From the NCBI GenBank assembly GCA_965248925.1, contig CBDFLE010000006.1, forward strand, positions 2,848,001 to 2,912,000: 64,000 nucleotides of DNA, in the 5' to 3' direction. Positions within the stretch are counted from its first letter, which is position 1. Every line of letters starts with the position of its first letter. Positions 30,827 to 39,018 of this stretch are shown in pieces. The notes under the pieces were generated by a model. It was not told where the DNA came from and ran no database searches. It saw only the letters and a program-made list of their open reading frames with translations. Source of the DNA: Candidatus Multivoradales bacterium. Lineage in GTDB: Bacteria > Acidobacteriota > Thermoanaerobaculia > Multivoradales > J023. Both the position numbers and the translations under genes were made by a program.

Positions 30827-30843
30827 TGCAAGCGCGGTGCCAA
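30827..30843 (-). promoter_or_regulatory. Sigma54 (-24/-12) promoter facing the lytic transglycosylase
   Basis: The minus strand reads TTGGCACCGCGCTTGCA, matching TGGCAC-N5-TTGCA with the correct GG-N10-GC spacing. Confidence 0.75.
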
Positions 30844-30888
30844 GTGGCCGGGGTGGGCTTCTTGGTAACCGGGCGGGGCAAAGGGGCC

Positions 30889-31170
30889 TCAGGGCTTGCC
30901 GAAGGTGCGACGACTACGGCGGCCGAGCTTTAGCCGGAATTCCTCGACCGCGATTCCCAGATTGCTGACCTTGTTGCGCAAGGTGTTGCGATGTACGCCG
31001 AGTGAACGAGCTGACCGGCAGAGATTGCCATCGTTGGAGCGAATCGAAGCTACGATGAACTGCTTTTCGAACTCTTTGCGAGCCTGCTCCAGGGTCACGC
31101 CCTGGTTGACCAGCTCGTCAACTATCTGGGTCAGTTGCCCATTGAGGTTTCTATGTCGCATCTTGGCCAA
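30889..31170 (-). CDS. Small Fis-family HTH protein
   Basis: 'FEKQFI...NDGNLCRSARSLGVHRNTLRNK' is a Fis-type HTH. Confidence 0.85.
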   Translation of the reverse strand: MAKMRHRNLNGQLTQIVDELVNQGVTLEQARKEFEKQFIVASIRSNDGNLCRSARSLGVHRNTLRNKVSNLGIAVEEFRLKLGRRSRRTFGKP

Positions 31171-31258
31171 ATCTCCCGCTGCTGATCGCTCCCCTCAGCC
31201 GTGCAGGCTAACACAGACAACCGCCGGTCCAGCAAGGCCGGTGGCCAAAAAACTGCAC

Positions 31259-32452
31259 TCATTTAATCTGCAAAACGTCACCCAGGAAGACAGTGTATCG
31301 GGAGCGCAGGATTCGCGCCAAGGAGGCGTTCTCGTGCACCGAGAGGATGCCGAGTTCGCCCAGGACGATTGGCGGGAATCCTTGCCGGCCTTGGCGATAG
31401 ATGGTGAAGATGTCTCCGGCGGCCGCATTGTCGTTGCTGCCGCGATCGATGTACACCAGATGGCCCATGCCGAGAGCGACGATGTCGTTTTCGCTGAAGA
31501 TAATCGACGGGCTGTCGACCAGTTCCTCAGGCTTCGCCGGATAGTTGACCGGCCGCAAGGCGGTCAACCGGCGCAGTGGTACTGGCTCGGGTTCGAACAG
31601 GCGCAAGGCCGTACCGACCGGCATTGGGTAGCAAGAGAGGATAATCTCACCAATGGATGTGTTCTCTTGCACGGACAGCAAGCGAACTCGGCCCAAGTAG
31701 CGGTTTAGGCGCCCGAACTTGTTGCCGGTTCGTGGGTGTTCGACCAGTTGCGAAGGCTCGATGCCGGTGAGCATCTCCCCCGCTGACAGTCCGTCTGCCC
31801 GGCCACCTTCGAGATAGACGATGTCGCCTAGTCCGAGGCCGTACTTCTGCGTGTTCGACTTGCCGTAGAGGCCCTTTATCTCGGAATCTCGCTGTGGATC
31901 GAGAGTCGGGGTGAGAAACTCGTACTCCGAACCGGCGATCTTGAATGGGAAGCTCTCGCCGTCGTCCCCGATGTACCCGCTACAGTAGATATCTGCTTCG
32001 TACCCCAAGGGAATCGGTGCGTCGGCACCCCCTCGGGCACGATTCTCTCGATCATTGATCAGCGCGCTGAACGGGTCCTCTGGCGCCAGCGAGGCATCTT
32101 CGAGCGGCACCGCCGCGATCCCCTCGGCCTCCAGTGTCGCCACCGTGCTCGGGGTCATCACCAGCGGATCGTCGGGATAGATCCAATGCGAGTCGAGGAT
32201 GTATTGATTGGCCTCCCAGATCTGCGGCCAGAGGTGGCCATCGCCGAGAAAGCGCTGCGCCAGGCCCCACAGCGAGTCGCCGGGCTGGACGACGTAGATC
32301 TGTGATCCTGCAGGGACCATTGAGGGCGGGTTCCAAGCCGTCCAATGCTGATCTGCAAGATGTAGATCACGCGGTGGCTCGTCAGCCGTCAGGCCCAGGG
32401 CCATCAAGACGGGTATTGCGGTGAGAATTGCGTACCAGCTCCGCTTGCTCAT
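31259..32452 (-). CDS. LysM peptidoglycan-binding protein (TsaP-like architecture)
   Basis: Signal peptide, LysM 'YVVQPGDSLWGLA..FLGD..LWPQIWEAN..I...HWIYPDD', then repeated beta domains (GDIVY...G...G, GD.F.IYR). Confidence 0.75.
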   Translation of the reverse strand: MSKRSWYAILTAIPVLMALGLTADEPPRDLHLADQHWTAWNPPSMVPAGSQIYVVQPGDSLWGLAQRFLGDGHLWPQIWEANQYILDSHWIYPDDPLVMTPSTVATLEAEGIAAVPLEDASLAPEDPFSALINDRENRARGGADAPIPLGYEADIYCSGYIGDDGESFPFKIAGSEYEFLTPTLDPQRDSEIKGLYGKSNTQKYGLGLGDIVYLEGGRADGLSAGEMLTGIEPSQLVEHPRTGNKFGRLNRYLGRVRLLSVQENTSIGEIILSCYPMPVGTALRLFEPEPVPLRRLTALRPVNYPAKPEELVDSPSIIFSENDIVALGMGHLVYIDRGSNDNAAAGDIFTIYRQGRQGFPPIVLGELGILSVHENASLARILRSRYTVFLGDVLQIK

Positions 32453-32702
32453 CCAAGCACCTCCCGGTCGCTCGTCGACGACATGTCGTGTCGAGCCACC
32501 TCTGTGGCTATTTTCCGGACACTTGCGGCTATCGGCTGCCGGGTGATTGCGCGGTAGCCAGCTGCAATGCAAGGCCAGCGCAGATTACCATGCCAATGTA
32601 GATTTACGTATTGGTCCATTTGCGACCTGGAAGCCAAGGTAACGGGATTACTTACGAGTGTCAAGACGGCTCCCGTCAGCGACCTGGGAGCCGGCCGATT
32701 CC

Positions 32703-33614
32703 TCATCGCAGCGCCTCCAGTCGATCCTCTGCTTGGGCGGCTGCCGAGCTGCCGGGAAAGCCATCCACAACTTCCCGGTAGGTTTCCTTGGCGCTCTTCA
32801 GATCCCCCAGCGCCTCCAGGCATTTTCCGGCCTTCAGCATCGCGTCAGGTACTTTGTTGCCGGCCGGATAGCGTTGCACCGTGGTGGTGAAAGCGGCCAG
32901 CGCGCTGGAGAAATCGCCTCGCGCATAGCGACTCTCGCCGATCCAGAATTGGGCGTTGTCGGCCAGCTCTGAGTCGGCGAAGCGTTCGATAATCTGGCGG
33001 AACGAGGCTTCCGCCTCAGCGTAACGCTGACGGTGAAAAAGAGTGTAGGCCTCGTCATAGATTCTTTGCGCGGGATCGAAGTGCTCGACTATTCGAGGTG
33101 TTGGTGCGGCCTCGACCGGGGTGGTCTCAGGGCGCTCGACCCGGCGCTGGTCAGGTCGTTGGATCTCCTCGACTGGAGTCGTGACCGACGGCCGAGTGGG
33201 CCGTGGTTCCAACTCCAATTCCACTTCTTCGACCGGCAGTTCATCGATCAGGGGGCCGATGGCGACAGGTTGCCCGGCCGCCTTGCCCAGGGCAGTGGAT
33301 TCGGCAGCTGCTCGAGCGGCTGCTTCGGCAGCAGCGTCGCGAGTGGCGAGTTCGCCCCGCAAGCGTTCGACTTCTTTTTGCAGACGCTGGGCCTCCACCT
33401 CGCCGACCGTGGCTCGCTGCTGCAACTCAACGATCCGCTGTTGCAGCAGTTCGACTTGCCCCTCTTGGCTTGCTGAGCCAGAGCGGATCAAGCCGCCACC
33501 GCAAGCAGCTAGCGACAAGCCGAGGCAGAGTAGCATCCCGCCGTTAGATACCCGAGTGAGAGTTGCGCGCCGTTGGTCGCTTGATTCGGCAGGATGTTTT
33601 CTCGGGCAGCTCAT
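32703..33614 (-). CDS. cpoB: Tol-Pal-associated CpoB/YbgF lipoprotein
   Basis: Lipobox LAAC, a coiled coil, and TPRs 'LADNAQFWIGES', 'GNKVPDAMLKAG'. The true start may be at 33536. Confidence 0.85.
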   Translation of the reverse strand: MSCPRKHPAESSDQRRATLTRVSNGGMLLCLGLSLAACGGGLIRSGSASQEGQVELLQQRIVELQQRATVGEVEAQRLQKEVERLRGELATRDAAAEAAARAAAESTALGKAAGQPVAIGPLIDELPVEEVELELEPRPTRPSVTTPVEEIQRPDQRRVERPETTPVEAAPTPRIVEHFDPAQRIYDEAYTLFHRQRYAEAEASFRQIIERFADSELADNAQFWIGESRYARGDFSSALAAFTTTVQRYPAGNKVPDAMLKAGKCLEALGDLKSAKETYREVVDGFPGSSAAAQAEDRLEALR

Positions 33615-33617
33615 GGC

Positions 33618-34466
33618 TCAAGAGGATCCTTTCTTCTGTTTGTCGAAGGCGCGACGTCGCTCTTCGTACTTCTTCTTGTCCTTAGCGAGTTTCTTGAGCA
33701 CCTTGGTCTGGCGCTGGTCCAGTTCCGCGATCCACGGCGAGTCGGGATGTTCTTGCTCGAGTGCTTGGCGGGCGGTGGCGGCTTCCTCGCTCTGGTCACA
33801 TCTGAGGTTCGCTAGACTGAGCCAAAAGAGCACCTCGTCCATTCGGCCGTAGCTCGGATGGTCGTCGCCGACCGGCGCCAATCGTTGGATCGCGGCGGAG
33901 CACAGACCGTAACGAAAGTAGAACTTGCCGATGATCAACTCGGCGGCGGCCAAATTGTTTCCCGCTGCGGCGATCTGCTGTCGTGCCTCGGTGGTGTACT
34001 CACTGGTTGGATAGAGCCGGATCAGTTCCTGATAGGCGGCGATCGCCTGATGCGAGGCTTGCTGGTCCCGGTCAGGCTTCTCCATTCGCTGAAAAAGACA
34101 GTTGGCCACTTGAAATTGGGCGTAGTCGGCCCTTTCACTGGTCGGAAAGCGGTTCAGGAAATCGCGGTACCTGGCCTCACACTTGACGTAGTTGTCGGGT
34201 CCACCGTTTTGGTAGAGGGCGTCGGCGGCCAAGAGCAGAGCCTCGCGGCCGGTGCGCGAGTTGGGCTCGACCTCGAACGCATGGGTCAGCAGCCGCCGGG
34301 CGCGGAAGAACTTCTCAGCTTCCATCTGGGCCTTACCCTGCTCCAAGGCCTCGGCGGCCGAAAGGCGCAGAATTGGGTCCTGCCGTTGGTTGCCGCTACA
34401 AGCAGCAACCAGCAATAGCAGCCCACAGAGGAGGGGTCTGAAGAAGATTGGGGATTTTGTTCTCAT
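33618..34466 (-). CDS. bamD: Outer membrane protein assembly factor BamD
   Basis: Lipobox VAAC, 'FLNRFPTS..ADYA', 'DRDQ..', 'LAAAEL.IGKFY' and 'AAI.R'. Confidence 0.85.
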   Translation of the reverse strand: MRTKSPIFFRPLLCGLLLLVAACSGNQRQDPILRLSAAEALEQGKAQMEAEKFFRARRLLTHAFEVEPNSRTGREALLLAADALYQNGGPDNYVKCEARYRDFLNRFPTSERADYAQFQVANCLFQRMEKPDRDQQASHQAIAAYQELIRLYPTSEYTTEARQQIAAAGNNLAAAELIIGKFYFRYGLCSAAIQRLAPVGDDHPSYGRMDEVLFWLSLANLRCDQSEEAATARQALEQEHPDSPWIAELDQRQTKVLKKLAKDKKKYEERRRAFDKQKKGSS

Positions 34467-35122
34467 GCGGTTTCCTGTGCGATTTCCTTGAGCTGGCGCA
34501 TGGCGGCCGCCGGGTCGTCTGCGTTGAAGGTCGCCGAACCGGCGACGCACACGTCAACACCCGCGGCAGTAATCTGCGCAATGTTGTCGGCGCCGATGCC
34601 GCCGTCCATCTCGATCGAGACGGTCAGTTGGCGCTCGTTGATCATCCCTCGCAAGCGCCGTGCCTTGTGTACCACGAAGGGCAGAAAACTCTGCCCGCCG
34701 AATCCTGGATTGACCGACATCAGAACCACAAAATCCAAATGGTCCAGCACATCGACCAAGAACTCGACCGGGGTGCCGGGATTGAGTGCGACGCCTGCGC
34801 GAGCGCCGCCTTCGCGAATCTGGCCCAGCAGGCGGTCGAGGTGCTCGACTGCCTCCCAATGCACCGAGATCCAAGCCGCGCCAGCTTCGAGGTAGGCATC
34901 CAAGAGACGCCCTGGGTTGGAGACCATCAGGTGCACGTCGATCGGCAGTTCGCAACGCCGGTGGACCGCCTCGAGCACCGGGATGCCGAAGCTCAGATTG
35001 GGGACAAAGTGGCCATCCATGACATCGAAATGAACCAAGCCGGCGCCACCCTCTACGCACAAGTCGAGAGCGCTGCCCAGATCCGCCAGGTCGGCGGCGA
35101 GAATCGAGGGGGCGAGAATCAT
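34463..35122 (-). CDS. rpe: Ribulose-phosphate 3-epimerase
   Basis: APSIL.AD, HFDVMDGHFVPNLSFG, MSVNPGFGGQ and DGGI motifs. Confidence 0.96.
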   Translation of the reverse strand: MILAPSILAADLADLGSALDLCVEGGAGLVHFDVMDGHFVPNLSFGIPVLEAVHRRCELPIDVHLMVSNPGRLLDAYLEAGAAWISVHWEAVEHLDRLLGQIREGGARAGVALNPGTPVEFLVDVLDHLDFVVLMSVNPGFGGQSFLPFVVHKARRLRGMINERQLTVSIEMDGGIGADNIAQITAAGVDVCVAGSATFNADDPAAAMRQLKEIAQETA

Positions 35123-35907
35123 GGAAGTCGGTACCCCCGGTCATTGACTGAAGTGGGGCCGAGCGCTAGATCGGGCTCTGGTGCCACCACGCCGAGCGAG
35201 ATCACCTCACCGCGGTGCAGAGGGTGGCCGCTGAGCGGGAATTGACGCAGAACAGTTCCCGGTGCTCGGCCTGGGTAAGTCTCGTAACCCACTCTGCCCA
35301 AGCGAAACCCGCGCTGCTCGAAAAAGCGGCGCACGGTGTCGTAGTCGCGATCAATCAAATCTGGCATCAAGAAAACTTCCATCGGATTGGCCACCGAGAT
35401 GAACAAATCCACCGCGCCGCCCAGCTTCACCATCGAGCCCACCGCCGGCTGCTGCGACACCACCGTACCGCGCGGGCCCCGCGGGCTGTAGATGCTGAGC
35501 GTCCGGCCCAGGCTGAGGCCAGCGGCCGCCAATACCACCTGTGCTGCTTGCGGCGCCTCGCCGATCACTGAAGGCACTTGCAGCAGCTGCGGACCGCGCG
35601 ACAACAGGAGGGTTACCTTACTGCCACGACGCACTAAGGTGCTGGCACCCGGACGTTGCAGCAGAACATGGCCGTCGGGCACCTGCTCATCGAAGCGATC
35701 CTCACCATGATCCAGTTGCGGGTTAAGCCCCTGATCGGCGAGCAAAGCCCGCGCCTCGGTCTCGGCCAGGCCCTTCAGTTCGGGCAGTGGAGTCACCCCC
35801 CGGCGCACGAACTGGCTGAACGAAACGTAGGCCACCAGGCCGAATATCACCGCCAACGTACCCAGGTAGGCCAGGCATCCCAGGCCACGAAACCACTTGC
35901 GCCACAT
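35119..35907 (-). CDS. PASTA domain-containing membrane protein
   Basis: N-terminal TM segment and three PASTA repeats (LPELKGL, VPSVIG, MPDLID; V..Q.P..G). Confidence 0.88.
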   Translation of the reverse strand: MWRKWFRGLGCLAYLGTLAVIFGLVAYVSFSQFVRRGVTPLPELKGLAETEARALLADQGLNPQLDHGEDRFDEQVPDGHVLLQRPGASTLVRRGSKVTLLLSRGPQLLQVPSVIGEAPQAAQVVLAAAGLSLGRTLSIYSPRGPRGTVVSQQPAVGSMVKLGGAVDLFISVANPMEVFLMPDLIDRDYDTVRRFFEQRGFRLGRVGYETYPGRAPGTVLRQFPLSGHPLHRGEVISLGVVAPEPDLALGPTSVNDRGYRLP

Positions 35908-36016
35908 AGATACCGCAGTCTACCAGAGGAGCGTTCAGAGACCGAGGAGGGTGAGCTGATTCTTACGCCGGGTCCGACTTAGCGAACATAGAGAGGCCGA
36001 CAAGTGAGTTGGTGAC

Positions 36017-37315
36017 TCAAGAGAGGATCTTGGTTAGATCGAAGAAAATCACCACCGCCATCAAGGTCATCAGCATCATGAAGCCGAGCTGGCTAACTCG
36101 TTCCTTGAAGCGCAGAGACAAGTCGCGCCGCAGCACGCTCTCGACCAGTAAAAGAGAGATGTGGCCGCCATCGAGCACCGGAATCGGCAGCAGATTCATG
36201 AAGCCGATACTGATCGACAGGAAGCCCATGGTGAACAGCAGGTCCCTGATACCTCGCTTGGCTGCCTCGCCAGAGATGACCGCGATCTCGACCGGCCCCG
36301 ACAGCGCGCTCTTGGCCTTGATGTCATTGGTCAGCAGTTTGCCGAGAATCTGCACACTGCGCTGGACAATCTCCAAGTTGAAGCGGACGCTGGCAACAAT
36401 CGCCTCGCCCAGTGGTAGCTTGCGGAAGATGCCACCGTAGACGCCGATCTTGCCCAGGCCTTCCTCGTCGGCTTCCGGGGTGACGATGACCTTCACTAGC
36501 TGGTCGTTGCGCAGCACGCCGACTTCCACCGCCACTCCGGGGTGACTTTCGATGAACTCGACGAAGCCCTTCCAGCCCCCCACTGGTTGGCCGTCAATGG
36601 TGTGCGGCAGGTCGCCGGAGAGAAATCCGGCGCGGGCGGCAGGTCGGTCCTTGACCACCTGGGTGATGCGCACTTCGAGTTCCGGACGGATGCCGGCGTC
36701 GCCGTACTCGTAGCGTTCCACTTTGATCGGTGTCACCGTAGTGGCGAAGCGTTCGCCAGCGCGCTCAACGGTGACTTCGACCGGTTTCTCGGCCGCGGTC
36801 ATGAAAGCAAAAGAGACGTCCTTCCATTTGTCGACCTTTTGGCCGTCGATGGCCACGATTAGGTCGCCGATCTCCAGCCCAGCCGCCAGTGCAGGGCCGT
36901 CTTCTTGTAGCCAGCCCACCACCGAGGGGCTTTCCTGCAGCGCCTGGGCTTCGAAGCCGGCCATGAAGACGCCAGTGATCAGCCCCACCGACAACACCCC
37001 GTTCATCGCCGGGCCTGCCAAGTAAACGATGATTCTCTGCCACCGCGGCTTGTTGAGAAACGCGTTCGGGTCGTCGTTGCGTTCGTCGGGGAGCTCTCCG
37101 TCGAGTCGGACATAGCCGCCGAACGGCAAGGCCGACAGACGACAATCCGTACCGCGGTAATTGAATCCCCAGAGCCTCTTGCCGAAGCCGAGAGAGAAGA
37201 CGGGCACATGCACGCCAAAGAGCTTAGCGGCCAGGAAATGGCCCATCTCGTGGACGAAGACGATTGCCCCGAGAGCAACCAAGAAAGCAGCGGAGTTGAA
37301 GAGGATTCCTTGCAT
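36017..37315 (-). CDS. rseP: RIP metalloprotease RseP
   Basis: HEMGH motif, two PDZ domains and NLLPIPVLDGG. Confidence 0.94.
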   Translation of the reverse strand: MQGILFNSAAFLVALGAIVFVHEMGHFLAAKLFGVHVPVFSLGFGKRLWGFNYRGTDCRLSALPFGGYVRLDGELPDERNDDPNAFLNKPRWQRIIVYLAGPAMNGVLSVGLITGVFMAGFEAQALQESPSVVGWLQEDGPALAAGLEIGDLIVAIDGQKVDKWKDVSFAFMTAAEKPVEVTVERAGERFATTVTPIKVERYEYGDAGIRPELEVRITQVVKDRPAARAGFLSGDLPHTIDGQPVGGWKGFVEFIESHPGVAVEVGVLRNDQLVKVIVTPEADEEGLGKIGVYGGIFRKLPLGEAIVASVRFNLEIVQRSVQILGKLLTNDIKAKSALSGPVEIAVISGEAAKRGIRDLLFTMGFLSISIGFMNLLPIPVLDGGHISLLLVESVLRRDLSLRFKERVSQLGFMMLMTLMAVVIFFDLTKILS

Positions 37316-37485
37316 TACAGCCAGAGAGTCTAGCAGGTCGCGCGGCCCTGGTAGACCACCACTGACGCGCCAACCGAGGTTGCTATTGTTTGCCGGTGTC
37401 AGGCAGTCTGCCAAAAAAGCCTTCAGCTATGTCTGGGGGATGGTGTGGATTGGGATCGAGTTCTGGTGCTGCGCCAGGCTCCGCC

Positions 37486-37541
37486 CGTGCCACCCGTCTC
37501 GGCAACATCCGCCCAGCGTGCCACCCGCCTCGGCAACATCC
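37486..37541. repeat. 25-bp direct repeat x2 (REP-like), downstream of the HUH transposase
   Basis: CGTGCCACCCGTCTCGGCAACATCC (37486-37510) and CGTGCCACCCGCCTCGGCAACATCC (37517-37541), one mismatch. Confidence 0.85.
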
Positions 37542-37781
37542 ATCGCGGCCGCTGTTTTTTGGGCTCTGCGAAGTTCACTATCTTGTCCATGGGTGCTCAT
37601 ATCGATTGCAGATGGACGAGGATTCGTGATCTTTGGCTTAACAGTGTCCATCGAGCAAGTTTGCCAACCGCTCGTCATTGCCTTCGGGTTCTATCAGGAC
37701 AGACCTCCCCTGTTGATTGAGAAGTTAATTCCGGTTGTTTTTGGTCTCTCTTGGCAGCAGAGACCCTCGTAAAGTCGCAGC

Positions 37782-38750
37782 CTATCCAGGCACCTGGATC
37801 GGTCCTGCTCTACTACCGGGCTGGCCAAAATCGCTCGAAACACTAGGCCGTGGGGGCGGAAAACAGCTCGGCGGAAACTCTACCGAGTGATCTCCTGCCC
37901 GCAAGCGGACGGCCGCTTGCCGATATGCTTCGACAAAGAGGCGGTAGGCCTCCTTCAACTGCTTGCGGACCGCTCTCGATGCTGCATGGACAGCTGGAGC
38001 TGGAGATTTCTTGCTGCGAGCAGGCCGCTGGTGTGGGTGCTGCTTGCGGATCACTGCCGCACCCAGGGGCACGGGGCCGCCGAGTACCACCCGTCGGGCG
38101 CTTTCAGCATCGATCTCCGCGACCATCTCGGTAAGACGCCGTCGAATTTCATCAGACGGCAGGTGCCGCCAGCAGGGCAGCGGATCCAGCCGCAGGGTAT
38201 GGCGTTTGGTGAAGGTCTCAAGGTCGACCTTCTGGTAACGGCGGTGGGCTTCGTACTCGAGACTGCGGTCACGCCAAATCCCCTCTAGAGGTTTGCCCTG
38301 GGTGAGAGCTTCGATGCACTGCAGCCCTGGCCACTCCCGGCAGCGGAGCACCAGATTCTCTTTCGGGCCGTGGCTGATCACATAGCGCAGTCTGGAAACC
38401 AACGCCGCCTCTTCGCTGCTGACTTCGATAGCTCGGAAGCGGCGGCCCCAGAATTTCTCCGGCCAGTCGACAATGAGATTTGCTTCGCGGGCAAGGTTGC
38501 CGTTGACGTACTCCATGAAGCCGGATAGATCTTTGACGTTGGCGGCTCCGATCAGGAAATGGAGGTGGTTGAGGAGGCCGCCGAAAGCATAGATCTCCAC
38601 CGGATGGCGCAGCTGGGCGCGGGCGATGATGCCGATCGCAATGCTGCGGAAGTGCTCGCCAGCAGGTAGCAGGTATCGGCTTTGGAGGCAGCGCGTGGTG
38701 ATTTCGAAGATAGCGCCGCCGGGGCGAATGTGTCGGAGTTGTCTTCCCAT
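37782..38750 (-). mobile_element. HUH/Y1 tyrosine transposase (IS200-fold, RAYT-like) with a C-terminal extension
   Basis: 'FEITTRC..SRYLL', HUH motif 'LLNHLHFL', 'FWGRRFRA', catalytic-Tyr-like 'LRYVISHGPKENLV..WPG' and C-terminal 'VEFPPSCFPP'. ATG at 38750. Confidence 0.82.
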
Positions 38751-38857
38751 ACCCCCCAAAGACGACAGGGGGGACTCCAATCTTGCGGGTTCGGGCGAGA
38801 AACTTCGAAGATTTTGTGGAGGATCTGGTGCGGAACACATCCGCGGATGGCGTAACT

Positions 38858-39005
38858 GGCTGAAAACAAATGAGTACGAATCGGGTGGCACCCTGAATGG
38901 CACCCTGAATGGGGGCCTGAATGGGCACCCTGAATGGGCTGAAAACAAATGAGTACGAATCGGGTGGCACCCTGAATGGCACCCTGAATGGGGGCCTGAA
39001 TGGGC
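38858..39005. repeat. Nested tandem array: 79-bp-period duplication containing seven CCTGAATGG subunits
   Basis: The unit GGCTGAAAACAAATGAGTACGAATCGGGTGGCACCCTGAAT... starts at 38858 and 38937. CCTGAATGG occurs at 38892, 38904, 38916, 38929, 38971, 38983 and 38995. Confidence 0.9.
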
Positions 39006-39018
39006 TACTTCAGCTACT

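Noticed and set aside
32579-32596. Second sigma54 promoter upstream of the LysM gene (TTGGCATGGTAATCTGC on the minus strand)
   Set aside because: The GG-to-GC spacing is 11 rather than the required 10.
38858-39005. CRISPR array
   Set aside because: The repeats are contiguous or nested with no unique spacers, and there are no cas genes in the window.
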